Shown in pieces: positions 42,461 to 52,121 of a stretch of DNA of 64,000 nt. Source of the stretch: an uncultured delta proteobacterium (GTDB lineage Bacteria > Desulfobacterota > Desulfobacteria > Desulfobacterales > JAFDCJ01); the NCBI GenBank assembly GCA_963769935.1, contig CAVYNY010000010.1, positions 480,001 to 544,000 on the forward strand. Direction: 5' to 3'. The first letter of the stretch is position 1; the number at the start of each line of letters is the position of its first letter. The notes under the pieces were generated by a model. It was given only the letters and a program-made list of their open reading frames with translations. It searched no databases and was not told the DNA's origin. Made by a program: the position numbers and the translations under genes.

Positions 42461-43363
42461 ATGAGCAAAAAAATTAGAGTTTTGATGGTCGACGATGAGG
42501 AAAAGTTTCGATCGACCACCAAAAAAATTCTCGATCGACGCGGATTCGACACCCTGGTTGCGGCCAGCGGTGAAGAAGCCCTTGAAAAGCTGAAGGAAAG
42601 TCCGGATGTCGTGGTTATGGATGTCAAGATGCCCGGCATGGACGGCCATCAGACGCTTCATGAAATGAAGAAGCGCACCCCCGCCACCCCGGTAATCATG
42701 CTCACCGGCCATGGAGCGCTGCCCTCCGCCAAAGAAGCGCTCGAACAAGGTGCCTTCGATTACCTGACGAAACCCTGCGACATCGATATACTGGCAGCTA
42801 AAATCACCGATGCCTTCCGGCACCGGAAACCGGCCGAAGAAATTAAGGAGAAAACCGTCGCGGATGTCATGATCCCGATAGCGGATTACACCACCGTAAA
42901 TCAGAACAGCACCGTCGGTGAAGCCATTGACAAACTGCGCGAATCATTCTTCTCCCGGGAAGCCACCAGCCGCATTATGGAAACCGGTCACCGCTCCATC
43001 ATGGTATTCGACGACCAGGGGGATGTCATCGGCATCCTGGCCATTATCGATCTGCTCGACGCTGTCATGCCGGGGTATCTCAGCGCGCCCAAGCCTTCGA
43101 CGGCGGACAGCATCCAATATTCGCCCATGTTCTGGAGCGGCATGTTCACCAGAGAGATCCGGAAAATTGCCGCCCAAAAGATTTCCGATGTAATGTCCCC
43201 GGCTCCCCTGACGATCAGCGCCGAAGCCAATCTCATGGAGGCCGCCTATGCCATGGTGGCCAATAAAAAAAGACGCCTGGCAGTTGAGCAGTCCGATAGG
43301 ATCATCGGCATCATCCGGGAGCAGGACCTGTTCTTTGAAATCGATAGAATTCTGCGCGAGTAA
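42461..43363 (+). CDS. Receiver + CBS-pair protein
   Basis: REC motifs, then VADVMIP...ISDVMSP...IGIIREQDL. Confidence 0.9.
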   Translation: MSKKIRVLMVDDEEKFRSTTKKILDRRGFDTLVAASGEEALEKLKESPDVVVMDVKMPGMDGHQTLHEMKKRTPATPVIMLTGHGALPSAKEALEQGAFDYLTKPCDIDILAAKITDAFRHRKPAEEIKEKTVADVMIPIADYTTVNQNSTVGEAIDKLRESFFSREATSRIMETGHRSIMVFDDQGDVIGILAIIDLLDAVMPGYLSAPKPSTADSIQYSPMFWSGMFTREIRKIAAQKISDVMSPAPLTISAEANLMEAAYAMVANKKRRLAVEQSDRIIGIIREQDLFFEIDRILRE

Positions 43364-43453
43364 ACGATCCCGGCCCGACGGGCCGGACTTTGAATTGTCA
43401 ACTAAGGGGCTGTGAAATTAAAATTTTAGAGTGCCGGCTTCCGGCTCGAAAGG

Positions 43454-43585
43454 GTATTGGAGTGATGGAGTACTGGAGTAATGGAAAAAGGCTGGATGTC
43501 TGTTTTTTCAACACGAAAACACGAAATTTAAAAAACACGAAACTTTTATATTCTCTTTTTCGTTCTTTCGTGCTTTCGTGATTAA
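43454..43585. repeat. Octamer repeats (tggagtaa-like) and CACGAAA hairpin element
   Basis: tattggagtgatggagtactggagtaatgg; aacacgaaaacacgaaa...tttcgtgctttcgtg. Confidence 0.65.
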
Positions 43586-43633
43586 TTTCTTTTTTGGTTC
43601 TCCGCCTCCGGCGGATCCAGGTTAGGAGCATTT

Positions 43634-45124
43634 ATGATGTTAGAGCAAAGATCTTTTCCTGTTCTGACGGCCGAAGAAGCTGTTATGCATATCAAAGACG
43701 GCGACGCGGTGGCCTTTAGCGGGTTCACCCCGGCCGGCGCGGCCAAGGCCGTGCCCAAGGCATTGGCCAAACGAGCGCTGCAGGAGCACGCGCTCGGGCG
43801 TCCGTTCAAACTGCGCATCCTGACGGGCGCATCCAGCGGCCAGGAAATCGATGAGGATTTGGCCCGCGCGGAAGCCGTCGTCTGGCGCGGACCGTATCAA
43901 GCCGGCCAGGCCATCCGGCAGCAAATCAACCGGCAGCAGGTGGAATATGTGGATATGCACCTGTCCCATGTTCCCCAAACCATCGCCTTCGGCTTCTTCG
44001 GCCGGATTAATTTCGCCGTGGTGGAAGCCACCGAGATTACCCCCGACGGCCGTGTGTACCTGAGCACCTCCATCGGCGCATCGCCCACCTATCTGCAATA
44101 TGCCGACAAGGTCTTCATCGAAATCAATCGGAGCCAATCGCCTCGGCTGCGGGAAATGGCCGACATTTTTGTCATGCCGCCCCCGCCGCACCGCAATGCC
44201 ATCCCGCTGTTCGATCCGTTGACCCGCATCGGTTGGCCCTATGCCCAGGTGGACCCCAAAAAAGTCATCGGCATCGTCTATAATGATGAACCCGACCGCG
44301 TCGACGAATTCGCGCCGCCCGACGAGCACAGCCGCCAAATCGCGCAGTATGTGGTCGAATTTTTGCTGAGTGAAAAACGGGCCGGTCGGATTCCGGCGGA
44401 TTTCCTGCCCCTGCAGGCCGGGGTCGGCAACGTGGCCAATGCCGTCCTCGGGGCCATCGGCGAACATCCCGACATCCCGCCCTTTAAAATGTATTCCGAG
44501 GTCTATCAGGATGCAATGGCCGACCTGATGGAGGCGGGTAAATTGCAGGGAGCCAGCGCAACGAGCCTGACGCTGACAGCGGCACGTTTGCAAAGAATTA
44601 CGGAGAACTTCGACTTCTTTGCCCCGCGGATTGTTTTGCGGCCGCAGGAAATTTCCAACCACCCGGGAATCATTCGTCGCCTGGGCGTCATTGCGATGAA
44701 CACGGCGCTGGAAATCGATATCTACGGCAACGTGAATTCATCGCATCTATACGGTATGGATGTCATGAACGGCATCGGCGGCAGCGGCGAATTCACCCGC
44801 AACAGCTATCTGTCTATTTTCATGACGCCGTCCATCGCCAAAGACGGGAAGATCTCCAAAATTGTGCCCATGTGTCCCCACATCGACAACAATGAGCATT
44901 CGGTTCAGGTGGTCGTCACGGACCAGGGGCTGGCGGATCTCAGGGGCCTGGGGCCCATGCAGCGGGCCAGGCTAATTATTGAAAAATGCGCTCACCCCCT
45001 TTACCGAGATTATCTGCAGCGCTATATCAAAGAGGCCCGCACCGGTCACATCCGCCACGACCTGACACGCTGCTTCGAACTTCACCGCAATCTCATGGAA
45101 CACGGGACGATGCTGCCGGAGTAG
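43634..45124 (+). CDS. Acetyl-CoA hydrolase/succinate CoA-transferase family
   Basis: SGFTPAG, TGAS, DMHLS, LQAGVGNVANAV, YSEV (catalytic Glu), NGIGGSGEF. Confidence 0.92.
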   Translation: MMLEQRSFPVLTAEEAVMHIKDGDAVAFSGFTPAGAAKAVPKALAKRALQEHALGRPFKLRILTGASSGQEIDEDLARAEAVVWRGPYQAGQAIRQQINRQQVEYVDMHLSHVPQTIAFGFFGRINFAVVEATEITPDGRVYLSTSIGASPTYLQYADKVFIEINRSQSPRLREMADIFVMPPPPHRNAIPLFDPLTRIGWPYAQVDPKKVIGIVYNDEPDRVDEFAPPDEHSRQIAQYVVEFLLSEKRAGRIPADFLPLQAGVGNVANAVLGAIGEHPDIPPFKMYSEVYQDAMADLMEAGKLQGASATSLTLTAARLQRITENFDFFAPRIVLRPQEISNHPGIIRRLGVIAMNTALEIDIYGNVNSSHLYGMDVMNGIGGSGEFTRNSYLSIFMTPSIAKDGKISKIVPMCPHIDNNEHSVQVVVTDQGLADLRGLGPMQRARLIIEKCAHPLYRDYLQRYIKEARTGHIRHDLTRCFELHRNLMEHGTMLPE

Positions 45125-45188
45125 CGTTGCATTAATCTATTTATCTCTTCATTTGGGGAAAAAAGAAAGCCGATAGGGTTGGGATGTT

Positions 45189-45325
45189 GCTGGATACTTG
45201 ATACTGGATGCTGGATACTTGATGCTGGATGCTTGTCCCAGCGGAGCGGAGATCCCGCTTATACGGGGATACTTGATATTCAGCAGTGAACCCGGATTGA
45301 GGTCTGGAAACATCCAGCATCCAGC
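45189..45325. repeat. Heptamer tandem repeats with inverted copy
   Basis: About 6 copies of (ctggata/cttgata/ctggatg) and a downstream catccagcatccagc. Confidence 0.7.
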
Positions 45326-45447
45326 CTGCCAGGCCGAAGCTCTTAAAGAGCGAAGGCTGGAAACCAATATCCAGGATCACGGAATGTTGCCAATGACGGC
45401 CACCATAACGGGCTATTTTCAGGAAAACATTTTATTCGACATTGGAA

Positions 45448-46353
45448 TTAAAGATCATACGGCGTTAGACTCTCAAATCCATCCGGGGTAACCAGAATGG
45501 TTTGTTCAAACTGGGCGGACAGCGAACCGTCTTTGGTAACGGCCGTCCAGTTGTCGTCCAGAACCTTTAATTCTTTTTTGCCGAGATTGATCATGGGTTC
45601 CACCGTGAAAACCATGCCCGGAATCAGCGTAATCCCGGCACCCTGCTGGCCGAAATGCGGAACCTGGGGCGCCTCATGAAATCCGAAACCGACGCCATGG
45701 CCCACAAATTCCCGCACCACCGAGCAGCCCTGCGCTTCGGCATAGGTTTGAATGGCCCAGCCGATGTCGCCCAGCGTGTTGCCGGGTTTTACTGCGGCCA
45801 TGCCTCTACGGAGACACTCCCGGGCAATGCTCACAATGTTGCGCGCATCAGGGCCGGGCGTCCCTACAAAGTAGGTCTTGTTGGCATCGGCGTAGTAGCC
45901 GTTTAGGATGGAAGTGATGTCGACATTGACAATATCGCCGTCGTTTAAAACGCGCTCCCCGGGAATCCCGTGGCAGATGACCTCGTTGACGGAAACGCAG
46001 ACGCTTTTTGGAAAACCGCGATAATTTAGAGGGGCCGGGACGGCGCCGTGCTTAACCGTAAATTCATGCACCAGGGTGTTGATTTCTTCGGTAACCAGGC
46101 CGGGTCTAAGTATGGACTCCACCAGGTCGAGCGTTTCCACCACCAGGCGCCCAGCTCGGCGGAGGCTTTCGATGTCAGGCTCTTTTTTCAGGCGGATGCC
46201 GTACTTCCGGTTATACAAATCTTCAATATCACCATCGGGCGGCAGGCTTTTTCCGAGGCAGCATTTTTTGAATTTCAACCCGCTGCCGCACGGGCAAGGA
46301 TCGTTGCGTCCAACTTTAGCCAAGTTCGTCTTCAGTTTCATTTCCTTTTTCAT
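45448..46353 (-). CDS. map: Type I methionine aminopeptidase with N-terminal SEC-C motif
   Basis: [45 protein letters not shown]. Confidence 0.93.
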   Translation of the reverse strand: MKKEMKLKTNLAKVGRNDPCPCGSGLKFKKCCLGKSLPPDGDIEDLYNRKYGIRLKKEPDIESLRRAGRLVVETLDLVESILRPGLVTEEINTLVHEFTVKHGAVPAPLNYRGFPKSVCVSVNEVICHGIPGERVLNDGDIVNVDITSILNGYYADANKTYFVGTPGPDARNIVSIARECLRRGMAAVKPGNTLGDIGWAIQTYAEAQGCSVVREFVGHGVGFGFHEAPQVPHFGQQGAGITLIPGMVFTVEPMINLGKKELKVLDDNWTAVTKDGSLSAQFEQTILVTPDGFESLTPYDL

Positions 46354-46719
46354 CCTTCCACCATCACCCGGTCTTCCATGTCCGACTGAAAATCAAGAAG
46401 GCATTTCATCTCCAAGCCATCGAGAAAAAATGCCTTCATTCACTCGATTTCAATTATTCACCACAAACGCAAGATCTTTCTGAGAGGCCTTCGCTCATTA
46501 AATTCGATTCTAACATTCACAGTCCTGAAACGATGGTTTCGAAGCATTCTTACAATAGTATATAATTTAAGGAATTTCAACTTGCAATATTCGATCGATT
46601 GGAGTTTTCGCAGTCAAATGCAGACGCCCGGTCAGGGGCAGCCTTGACAGGAACCTGAGGACTCAATATAAATAACTCTGCAACTGCTTCCCAAATGAAG
46701 GGGATTGCCTGGAAGTGGT

Positions 46720-46803
46720 AACTCAGAGCCCTGACCAGGTGAAAAACGATTGGGGCGGAAACCGCTGCCGGCAAATAGGCCGGCGGCACTGAAAGGAAAA
46801 AGG
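46720..46803 (+). ncRNA. Candidate Moco/Tuco-like leader RNA
   Basis: actcagag...gaccagg..acgat...gcggaaaccgc...tgaaagga next to the start; loose resemblance only. Confidence 0.25.
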
Positions 46804-47661
46804 ATGGCAAAACTCGTTAAAGAGCAAGGCGACCGCGGCCGCCTCCATATTGAATCCAAGCTGATGGGAGAATCGCTGGTCAGCAAAGAGGTTTTGAGAA
46901 GTACCGAGGCCAAAGAGTACTTCCGTATGCATCCCGACATCAACGTCTTGAAAGTCGGCGGCCAGAGCATCATGGACCGCGGCGCCAAAGCGCTCTTTCC
47001 AATATTGGACGTATTGATAGAAGCAAAAGAGAAGTACAAAATCCTTTTGATGACCGGCGGCGGCACCCGAGCCCGGCATGTCTATAGTATCGGGGTCGAC
47101 CTGGGAATGCCCACCGGCGTGCTTTCCAAGCTGGGAGACAAGGTTTCCTGGCAAAATGCGGAAATGCTGTCGGTCCTGTTGTCAAAACACGGCGGTGTAA
47201 AAATCGGACATGGCGACAACCTGGAGCAGCTGACAATGTTCTGCCGGTTGGGCTACCTTCCGATCACATACGGCATACCGCCGTATGGTTTTTTTGAACA
47301 CCCCGCTGAATACGGCTCGATTCCGCCGCACCGCACCGATTGCGGTGCGTTTCTTCTGGCTGAAAATATCGGGGCGCGCTCTTTGATCTTTTTGAAAGAC
47401 GAAAAAGGTTTGTACGACAGAGATCCGAAAAAAGTTGCAGAATCGGCTCGCGGGGATCTTACATTTTATGACCGTATTTCGGCTAAAAAACTCATTGAGT
47501 TGGATCTGGATGACCTGATCATCGAAAGACCGATCTTAACCCTGCTGCAACGGGCTAAATGTCTGAAAGAGCTTCAAATCATTGACGCAATTCGCAACCC
47601 GGATCATATCATGGCAGCTTTGGAGGGCCAGCACGTCGGCACGATCATCTACCAGGAATAA
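46804..47661 (+). CDS. Molybdenum storage protein-like (MosB / UMP kinase fold)
   Basis: IESKLMGESL, KVGGQSIMDRG, GGGTRARHVY, IPPHRTDCGAFL, KDEKGLY, HVGTII. Confidence 0.8.
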   Translation: MAKLVKEQGDRGRLHIESKLMGESLVSKEVLRSTEAKEYFRMHPDINVLKVGGQSIMDRGAKALFPILDVLIEAKEKYKILLMTGGGTRARHVYSIGVDLGMPTGVLSKLGDKVSWQNAEMLSVLLSKHGGVKIGHGDNLEQLTMFCRLGYLPITYGIPPYGFFEHPAEYGSIPPHRTDCGAFLLAENIGARSLIFLKDEKGLYDRDPKKVAESARGDLTFYDRISAKKLIELDLDDLIIERPILTLLQRAKCLKELQIIDAIRNPDHIMAALEGQHVGTIIYQE

Positions 47662-47663
47662 AA

Positions 47664-47882
47664 TCAGGCGGCCTGCCCACCGCCGTCCTTATTGCCCTGG
47701 CCGGCTTCAAGCGTAATAATCTCGGCGCCGGTGGCAGCTTTGATTTGATCCAGTTCTTTCCGGCGGATATGTTTGACATACAACTTTAAATCAGAGCCGC
47801 TGACGCCGACAACCCGGAAGCGGGGCTTTTTTTCACCTTTTTCGATTTTGCGCCGTTCGCGAACAAAAATTTTGGTGCTCAT
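47664..47882 (-). CDS. Small basic hypothetical protein
   Basis: 72 aa with RBS aggag; IFVRERRK...KPRFRVVGV. Confidence 0.65.
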   Translation of the reverse strand: MSTKIFVRERRKIEKGEKKPRFRVVGVSGSDLKLYVKHIRRKELDQIKAATGAEIITLEAGQGNKDGGGQAA

Positions 47883-48035
47883 ATTGCACTCCTTTTGCTT
47901 GGATGGTTGGCTTCTTTCTTAGAAAGTATAATTATAATATACACACCAAACAAGAAGTTCGGACCCGGAGGGACCGATTTTGCCGATGCGGCAGAAGTGT
48001 GCTCTTTACTTTCAGAAGCGAATCTGGTAAGGAAT

Positions 48036-48056
48036 ATATATCCTCGGAGGATATAT
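48036..48056. promoter_or_regulatory. Perfect palindrome over the padR RBS and start
   Basis: ATATATCCTC-G-GAGGATATAT. Confidence 0.6.
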
Positions 48057-48441
48057 GTCAACTAAAATAAAAAAGGCGCAAACTAAAGGGGCTGGGACAC
48101 GTTCCGGAAAGGCTGAGCGTTACATTCAACCTTCCCTTCTGCTGGGACTCAAGATCAAGCCGTCCTACGGCTATGAACTTATAAACAGCATCCATGAATT
48201 CGGGTTTGTGCAGGGCCAGGCTCCGCCGGGAATGATCTACCGGCACCTGAGGGGGCTGGAGGCGGACGGTCTGGTCCAATCAGAATGGCAGACGGAAGGC
48301 TCCGGGCCGGCCAGACGCATGTACCGTTTAACGCCGGAAGGCGACGAAGCGCTGACCCTCTGGATTGATTATATGCAAATCCAGGCGAACAATTTGATGA
48401 ATTTCATCCGGGAATACAACAAATTGGCGAAAAAAATTTAA
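48055..48441 (+). CDS. PadR-family regulator
   Basis: PSYGYEL, GMIYRHLRGLEADGLV, GPARRMYRLTPEG. Confidence 0.9.
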   Translation: MSTKIKKAQTKGAGTRSGKAERYIQPSLLLGLKIKPSYGYELINSIHEFGFVQGQAPPGMIYRHLRGLEADGLVQSEWQTEGSGPARRMYRLTPEGDEALTLWIDYMQIQANNLMNFIREYNKLAKKI

Positions 48442-48481
48442 TCGAATGGAATTGGCGGGATTAGCTGCGATGGGCGCTGCT

Positions 48482-49213
48482 TTAAGATTGATCGTGTTTT
48501 TTCCTGCGTTTCCGATAAATATTCTGCCACTGGCCATTTTCCTGCGGGCTTACCAATAAAACCGGTAAATTTCCCAAAAGCCGCGGGCGCAGCCAGCCGT
48601 TGGTGACTACCGCGTCATCCGGAGCGGGAACCGCGGCATCCCTTTCTGTTGAAACGACTTTAATCCCCATATGATTCAGCTCGGAAACCGATACTTCGTC
48701 CGGCAAATTGCGCAAATTTCCAAATTCGATGAAGCGGCCGGACCAGCCCCAAACCGTCAATCCAACAGCGGCGGCGGCGCCGATGATGCCATCATTGGTG
48801 CCGCCATGACCGGAAAGATGAACCTTTTTTGCCGCCGCAACAGCCAGTTTCTGCGTGGCGACGGCCCGGGTACAAAAATGACCAAAATCGATCAGACTCC
48901 CGATGGATGGGTCAGATTCGGCCGCCACGCATAATCCGGGATCACTGCCGTCCACCGCATACTGCCGCAGATGATTGGCAGCCCTTTCGATGGTTTCATT
49001 TAAAAGTTCCGGTTCAGTCATCTCGGCGATCAGGCACGCCGCGCTGTTGTGAGAGGTATATGGAATCTCATCACACACCAGAAGCTGCTGACGAACAACC
49101 CCCAGGCATTCACATCCTTCCGGCATATCATTTTGAAACCATCTGGCGAGCTTGCCGGTGCCGTATTGTGAGTCAGGCATGTCCGAATCATCGAAACCCA
49201 AGTATACTTTCAT
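48482..49213 (-). CDS. TiaS N-terminal-domain-like protein of unknown function
   Basis: YLGFDDSD...GTG, IPYTSHNSAACL, GSDPGLCVA, GIIGAAAAVG. Confidence 0.6.
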   Translation of the reverse strand: MKVYLGFDDSDMPDSQYGTGKLARWFQNDMPEGCECLGVVRQQLLVCDEIPYTSHNSAACLIAEMTEPELLNETIERAANHLRQYAVDGSDPGLCVAAESDPSIGSLIDFGHFCTRAVATQKLAVAAAKKVHLSGHGGTNDGIIGAAAAVGLTVWGWSGRFIEFGNLRNLPDEVSVSELNHMGIKVVSTERDAAVPAPDDAVVTNGWLRPRLLGNLPVLLVSPQENGQWQNIYRKRRKKHDQS

Positions 49214-49216
49214 CGT

Positions 49217-50233
49217 CTAAATCCATTTGATCCGGTCGAGGCGATACCGGATAAAAATCGTTTTGCCGGGAAAGATGGTGTGCTCCCGGCCCTGCTGCAA
49301 AGATACCCTCACGGTGAAGGGCAGATCCCCGACCAGAATAGTGGCAAATAATTGGTCCGTTTTTCTTTCCAGGCTGAGCCGGGAAACGGTTCCTCGCAGG
49401 ACGATATTATCATCGGTGATTGATGATGGGTCTTCGCCGGCCGAAAGCACTTCGATTACGGCCGCCGCCTCTTGATCCGGCGGCGCCGGAATTTTCAGTT
49501 GCTGTCCGTCGGATAAAATTTTTACCCATTTTCCCGGTGCCGCTTCCTGCCAAGGCCCGAAAATTATGGTCTCCCGGCCTGTTCCGAAAATTTTACCCCT
49601 GAATATATGCCATATCTCATCGCAGATTTCGTAGAGCCACTGCCAATCGTGGCTGGCTACAATAAGCGTGGCACCCCACTGCCGGCGCGCCCCGAGCGCC
49701 GCCTCCTTGATAAGCTGAGCGCTGGCGGCATCGACGCTGGCAGTCGGCTCATCCAGCAAAAGGACTTTGGGTTTTAAAGCCAGCCGGGCTGCCAAAGCCA
49801 CGCGCTGGGCCTCACCGCCGGAGAGCGCATACCAGGGGCGCCGGGCAAAATCCCGGCTCGGCAAACCGACCAGCGCCAGCGCTTCGCTCACCGTAGCGGC
49901 AATATCCCTGCCGTCGCCCCTCAATTTAAGACCGTAGCAAACATTGCTGAACACGCTGCGTTTCATCAGAAAGGGCTCCTGCGGCAGGAGCGTAATCAGA
50001 AACCTGGCCTCAGTTGCAAAAGGCTCAACCGGCTGCCCGTTAAAACAGATGCTGCCGCGCGCAGGTCTTTCAATCAGGCCCAACAGTCTTAAAAGCGAAC
50101 TTTTCCCGCTGCCGTTGGGACCAATGACGCCCACGATGGATCCAGGCTGGACGGTGAGCTGCTCGATGGCCACAACCGTTTTAGCGCCATATGAATGCTC
50201 CAGGGATCGGATCTCATAGATTGGCTGGTCCAC
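49217..50233 (-). CDS. tupC: Tungstate ABC transporter ATPase
   Basis: GPNGSGKS, LSGGEAQR, LLDEPT; start refined to GTG (VDQPIYEI). Confidence 0.85.
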   Translation of the reverse strand: MDQPIYEIRSLEHSYGAKTVVAIEQLTVQPGSIVGVIGPNGSGKSSLLRLLGLIERPARGSICFNGQPVEPFATEARFLITLLPQEPFLMKRSVFSNVCYGLKLRGDGRDIAATVSEALALVGLPSRDFARRPWYALSGGEAQRVALAARLALKPKVLLLDEPTASVDAASAQLIKEAALGARRQWGATLIVASHDWQWLYEICDEIWHIFRGKIFGTGRETIIFGPWQEAAPGKWVKILSDGQQLKIPAPPDQEAAAVIEVLSAGEDPSSITDDNIVLRGTVSRLSLERKTDQLFATILVGDLPFTVRVSLQQGREHTIFPGKTIFIRYRLDRIKWI

Positions 50234-50235
50234 TT

Positions 50236-50925
50236 TTAATCCTTTCGCCGCAGGAACGAAACGGAGACATTCACACAAAACGCAATGGCTAAGAGTACGA
50301 GCCCCAGGGCGACGCCCAACCCGAACTGCCCCTTGTTGGTTTCCAGGGCGATGGCCGTCGTGATGGTGCGCGTGTGCCACTTGATGTTGCCGCCGACCAT
50401 CATGGAAATGCCCACTTCCGTCATGACGCGCCCGTAGGCCGCAATCGCGCCGGCCAGCAGGCCGTGCCGGGCTTCCCACAAAGTGCTGATGAAAAACTGC
50501 CGGCGATTGGCCCCCAGGGACATGATTGCGATGCGCAGTTTCTGGTCCATGCTTTCGATCGCCGTGGCACTCAGACCAGCGACGATCGGCAGGGCCAGAA
50601 TCGCCTGCCCGATGGCAATTCCGGGCACAGTGAAAAGCAGATCCAGGTTTCCCAGCGGGCCTCGATGGGTCAAGAATGCATAAACCAGCAGGCCGATAAA
50701 AACCGTCGGCAACGCCATTAATGTATCCACCACGGTTCGCAGCGGCTTTTTCCCGCTGAAGTCGAAATAGCCAAGGCAAAAACCAAGGGGTATCCCTAAA
50801 AGCAGGCTGGTTCCCATGGAATAGCTCGACACCTTGACGGTGACCCATACCGCCGAATACGTTTCCGGGTTGCCCTTTGCCAAAAAATGGATGGCCTGAA
50901 CGAATCCTTCTAAGAGAAAATTCAT
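50236..50925 (-). CDS. tupB: Tungstate ABC transporter permease
   Basis: LMALPTVFIGL, RGPLG, EVGISMMVGGNI, TTAIALETNKG. Confidence 0.9.
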   Translation of the reverse strand: MNFLLEGFVQAIHFLAKGNPETYSAVWVTVKVSSYSMGTSLLLGIPLGFCLGYFDFSGKKPLRTVVDTLMALPTVFIGLLVYAFLTHRGPLGNLDLLFTVPGIAIGQAILALPIVAGLSATAIESMDQKLRIAIMSLGANRRQFFISTLWEARHGLLAGAIAAYGRVMTEVGISMMVGGNIKWHTRTITTAIALETNKGQFGLGVALGLVLLAIAFCVNVSVSFLRRKD

Positions 50926-51060
50926 ACGCGAACCGGGGCGGGGACATCAATGCCACTGCCGGTGCAAAGGCCTTGCAAATTGTCACGACCCTTCACCGGC
51001 AGTTGCATTCTTCTTCCACAATGTTGTGTCCTATTGTTGGTAAGCAACAATAACAGGATG

Positions 51061-51903
51061 CTACATTTTGGCATTGGGTGTAAACAGGGGTTTACCCAGC
51101 AGCTTGTAGTCTTTTACCAATTTCTGCGCCGCCGGCCCTGTCATCCATTTTATAAATTGCATGGCCAGGTCGTATTTAACCTTGGGACAATGCTTCGGAT
51201 TGACGGCAATCACACTGTACTGATTCAGCAGGGCCGGATCGCCTTCCACTAAAATTTTGAGCGGAGGATTGCCTTTGAGATTGCTTTCGTATTTAATGTA
51301 CGTGCCCCGGTCGGTCAGGGTGTACCCATTGCGCTCCGCGGCGATATTGATGGACGCCAGCATTCCCTGGCCGGTCTGAACGTACCATTTTTCCTTTTCA
51401 GGAACGGGCAGGCCGGCCGCTTTCCACAATGCAAGCTCTTTCTTATTGGTTCCGGAATTATCCCCGCGGCTGATAAAATCCGCCTGCTTGTCTTTCAACA
51501 GGGTCAAGGCCTCTTTAATGGATTTGCCCTTGATCCCGGCCTTATCCGCGGCCGGTCCGATGATGACAAAATCGTTGTACATGATTTCACGACGATCCAC
51601 CCCGAATCCATCGGCCACAAATTTTTTCTCGGCCGGCGGTGCATGGACCATGAGAACGTCCACATCGCAATTCTCCCCCAATTTGAGCGCTTTGCCGGTC
51701 CCGGTGGCCGTCCAGCGCAAATCAATGCCGGTGTCCTGTTTGAAGAGCGGTGCCAGATAATCCAAAAGACCGGTGTTGTCCGTACTGGTCGTGGTAGCCA
51801 TCAGAAGAACTTTTCCTTCTTCAGCTCCGGCTGCCGCAACAAAAACGCAAATGACCAACATCGCGGTCAAAATAAGCCCCATCTTGTGTATCGCTCGATT
51901 CAT
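51061..51903 (-). CDS. tupA: Tungstate-binding protein
   Basis: Signal peptide, TTTS signature, VHAP, YNDF, SRGDNSGT, TDRGT. Confidence 0.92.
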   Translation of the reverse strand: MNRAIHKMGLILTAMLVICVFVAAAGAEEGKVLLMATTTSTDNTGLLDYLAPLFKQDTGIDLRWTATGTGKALKLGENCDVDVLMVHAPPAEKKFVADGFGVDRREIMYNDFVIIGPAADKAGIKGKSIKEALTLLKDKQADFISRGDNSGTNKKELALWKAAGLPVPEKEKWYVQTGQGMLASINIAAERNGYTLTDRGTYIKYESNLKGNPPLKILVEGDPALLNQYSVIAVNPKHCPKVKYDLAMQFIKWMTGPAAQKLVKDYKLLGKPLFTPNAKM

Positions 51904-52121
51904 AGCGTCTCTCCTTTCGCAATAGTAGAACAGTAATACGGAATATCAAAAGGTTGATATCGTCTATGGTTCTTGATTTTCATTTGATTGATACTAAATA
52001 AAAAAAGAAAAAATGCGCCGCATTAAATAATTAATCCGCCGAACCTTCGATCTAACGACTTTCTTCAGTTGTCAAAGAACACTTCACAACCATGAATAGG
52101 CCATTTTAAAGGGCGGATTAA

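Noticed and set aside
46250..46310. SEC-C motif fused to methionine aminopeptidase as a novelty
   Set aside because: This architecture is already known in several bacterial groups.
46804..47661. Housekeeping uridylate kinase pyrH
   Set aside because: Lacks the PyrH KLSGE motif and the tsf-pyrH-frr context; the motifs fit MoSto-like proteins better.
50234..50986. 589-aa ATPase with a long N-terminal extension
   Set aside because: The extension overlaps tupB in another frame; the real start is the GTG at 50233.
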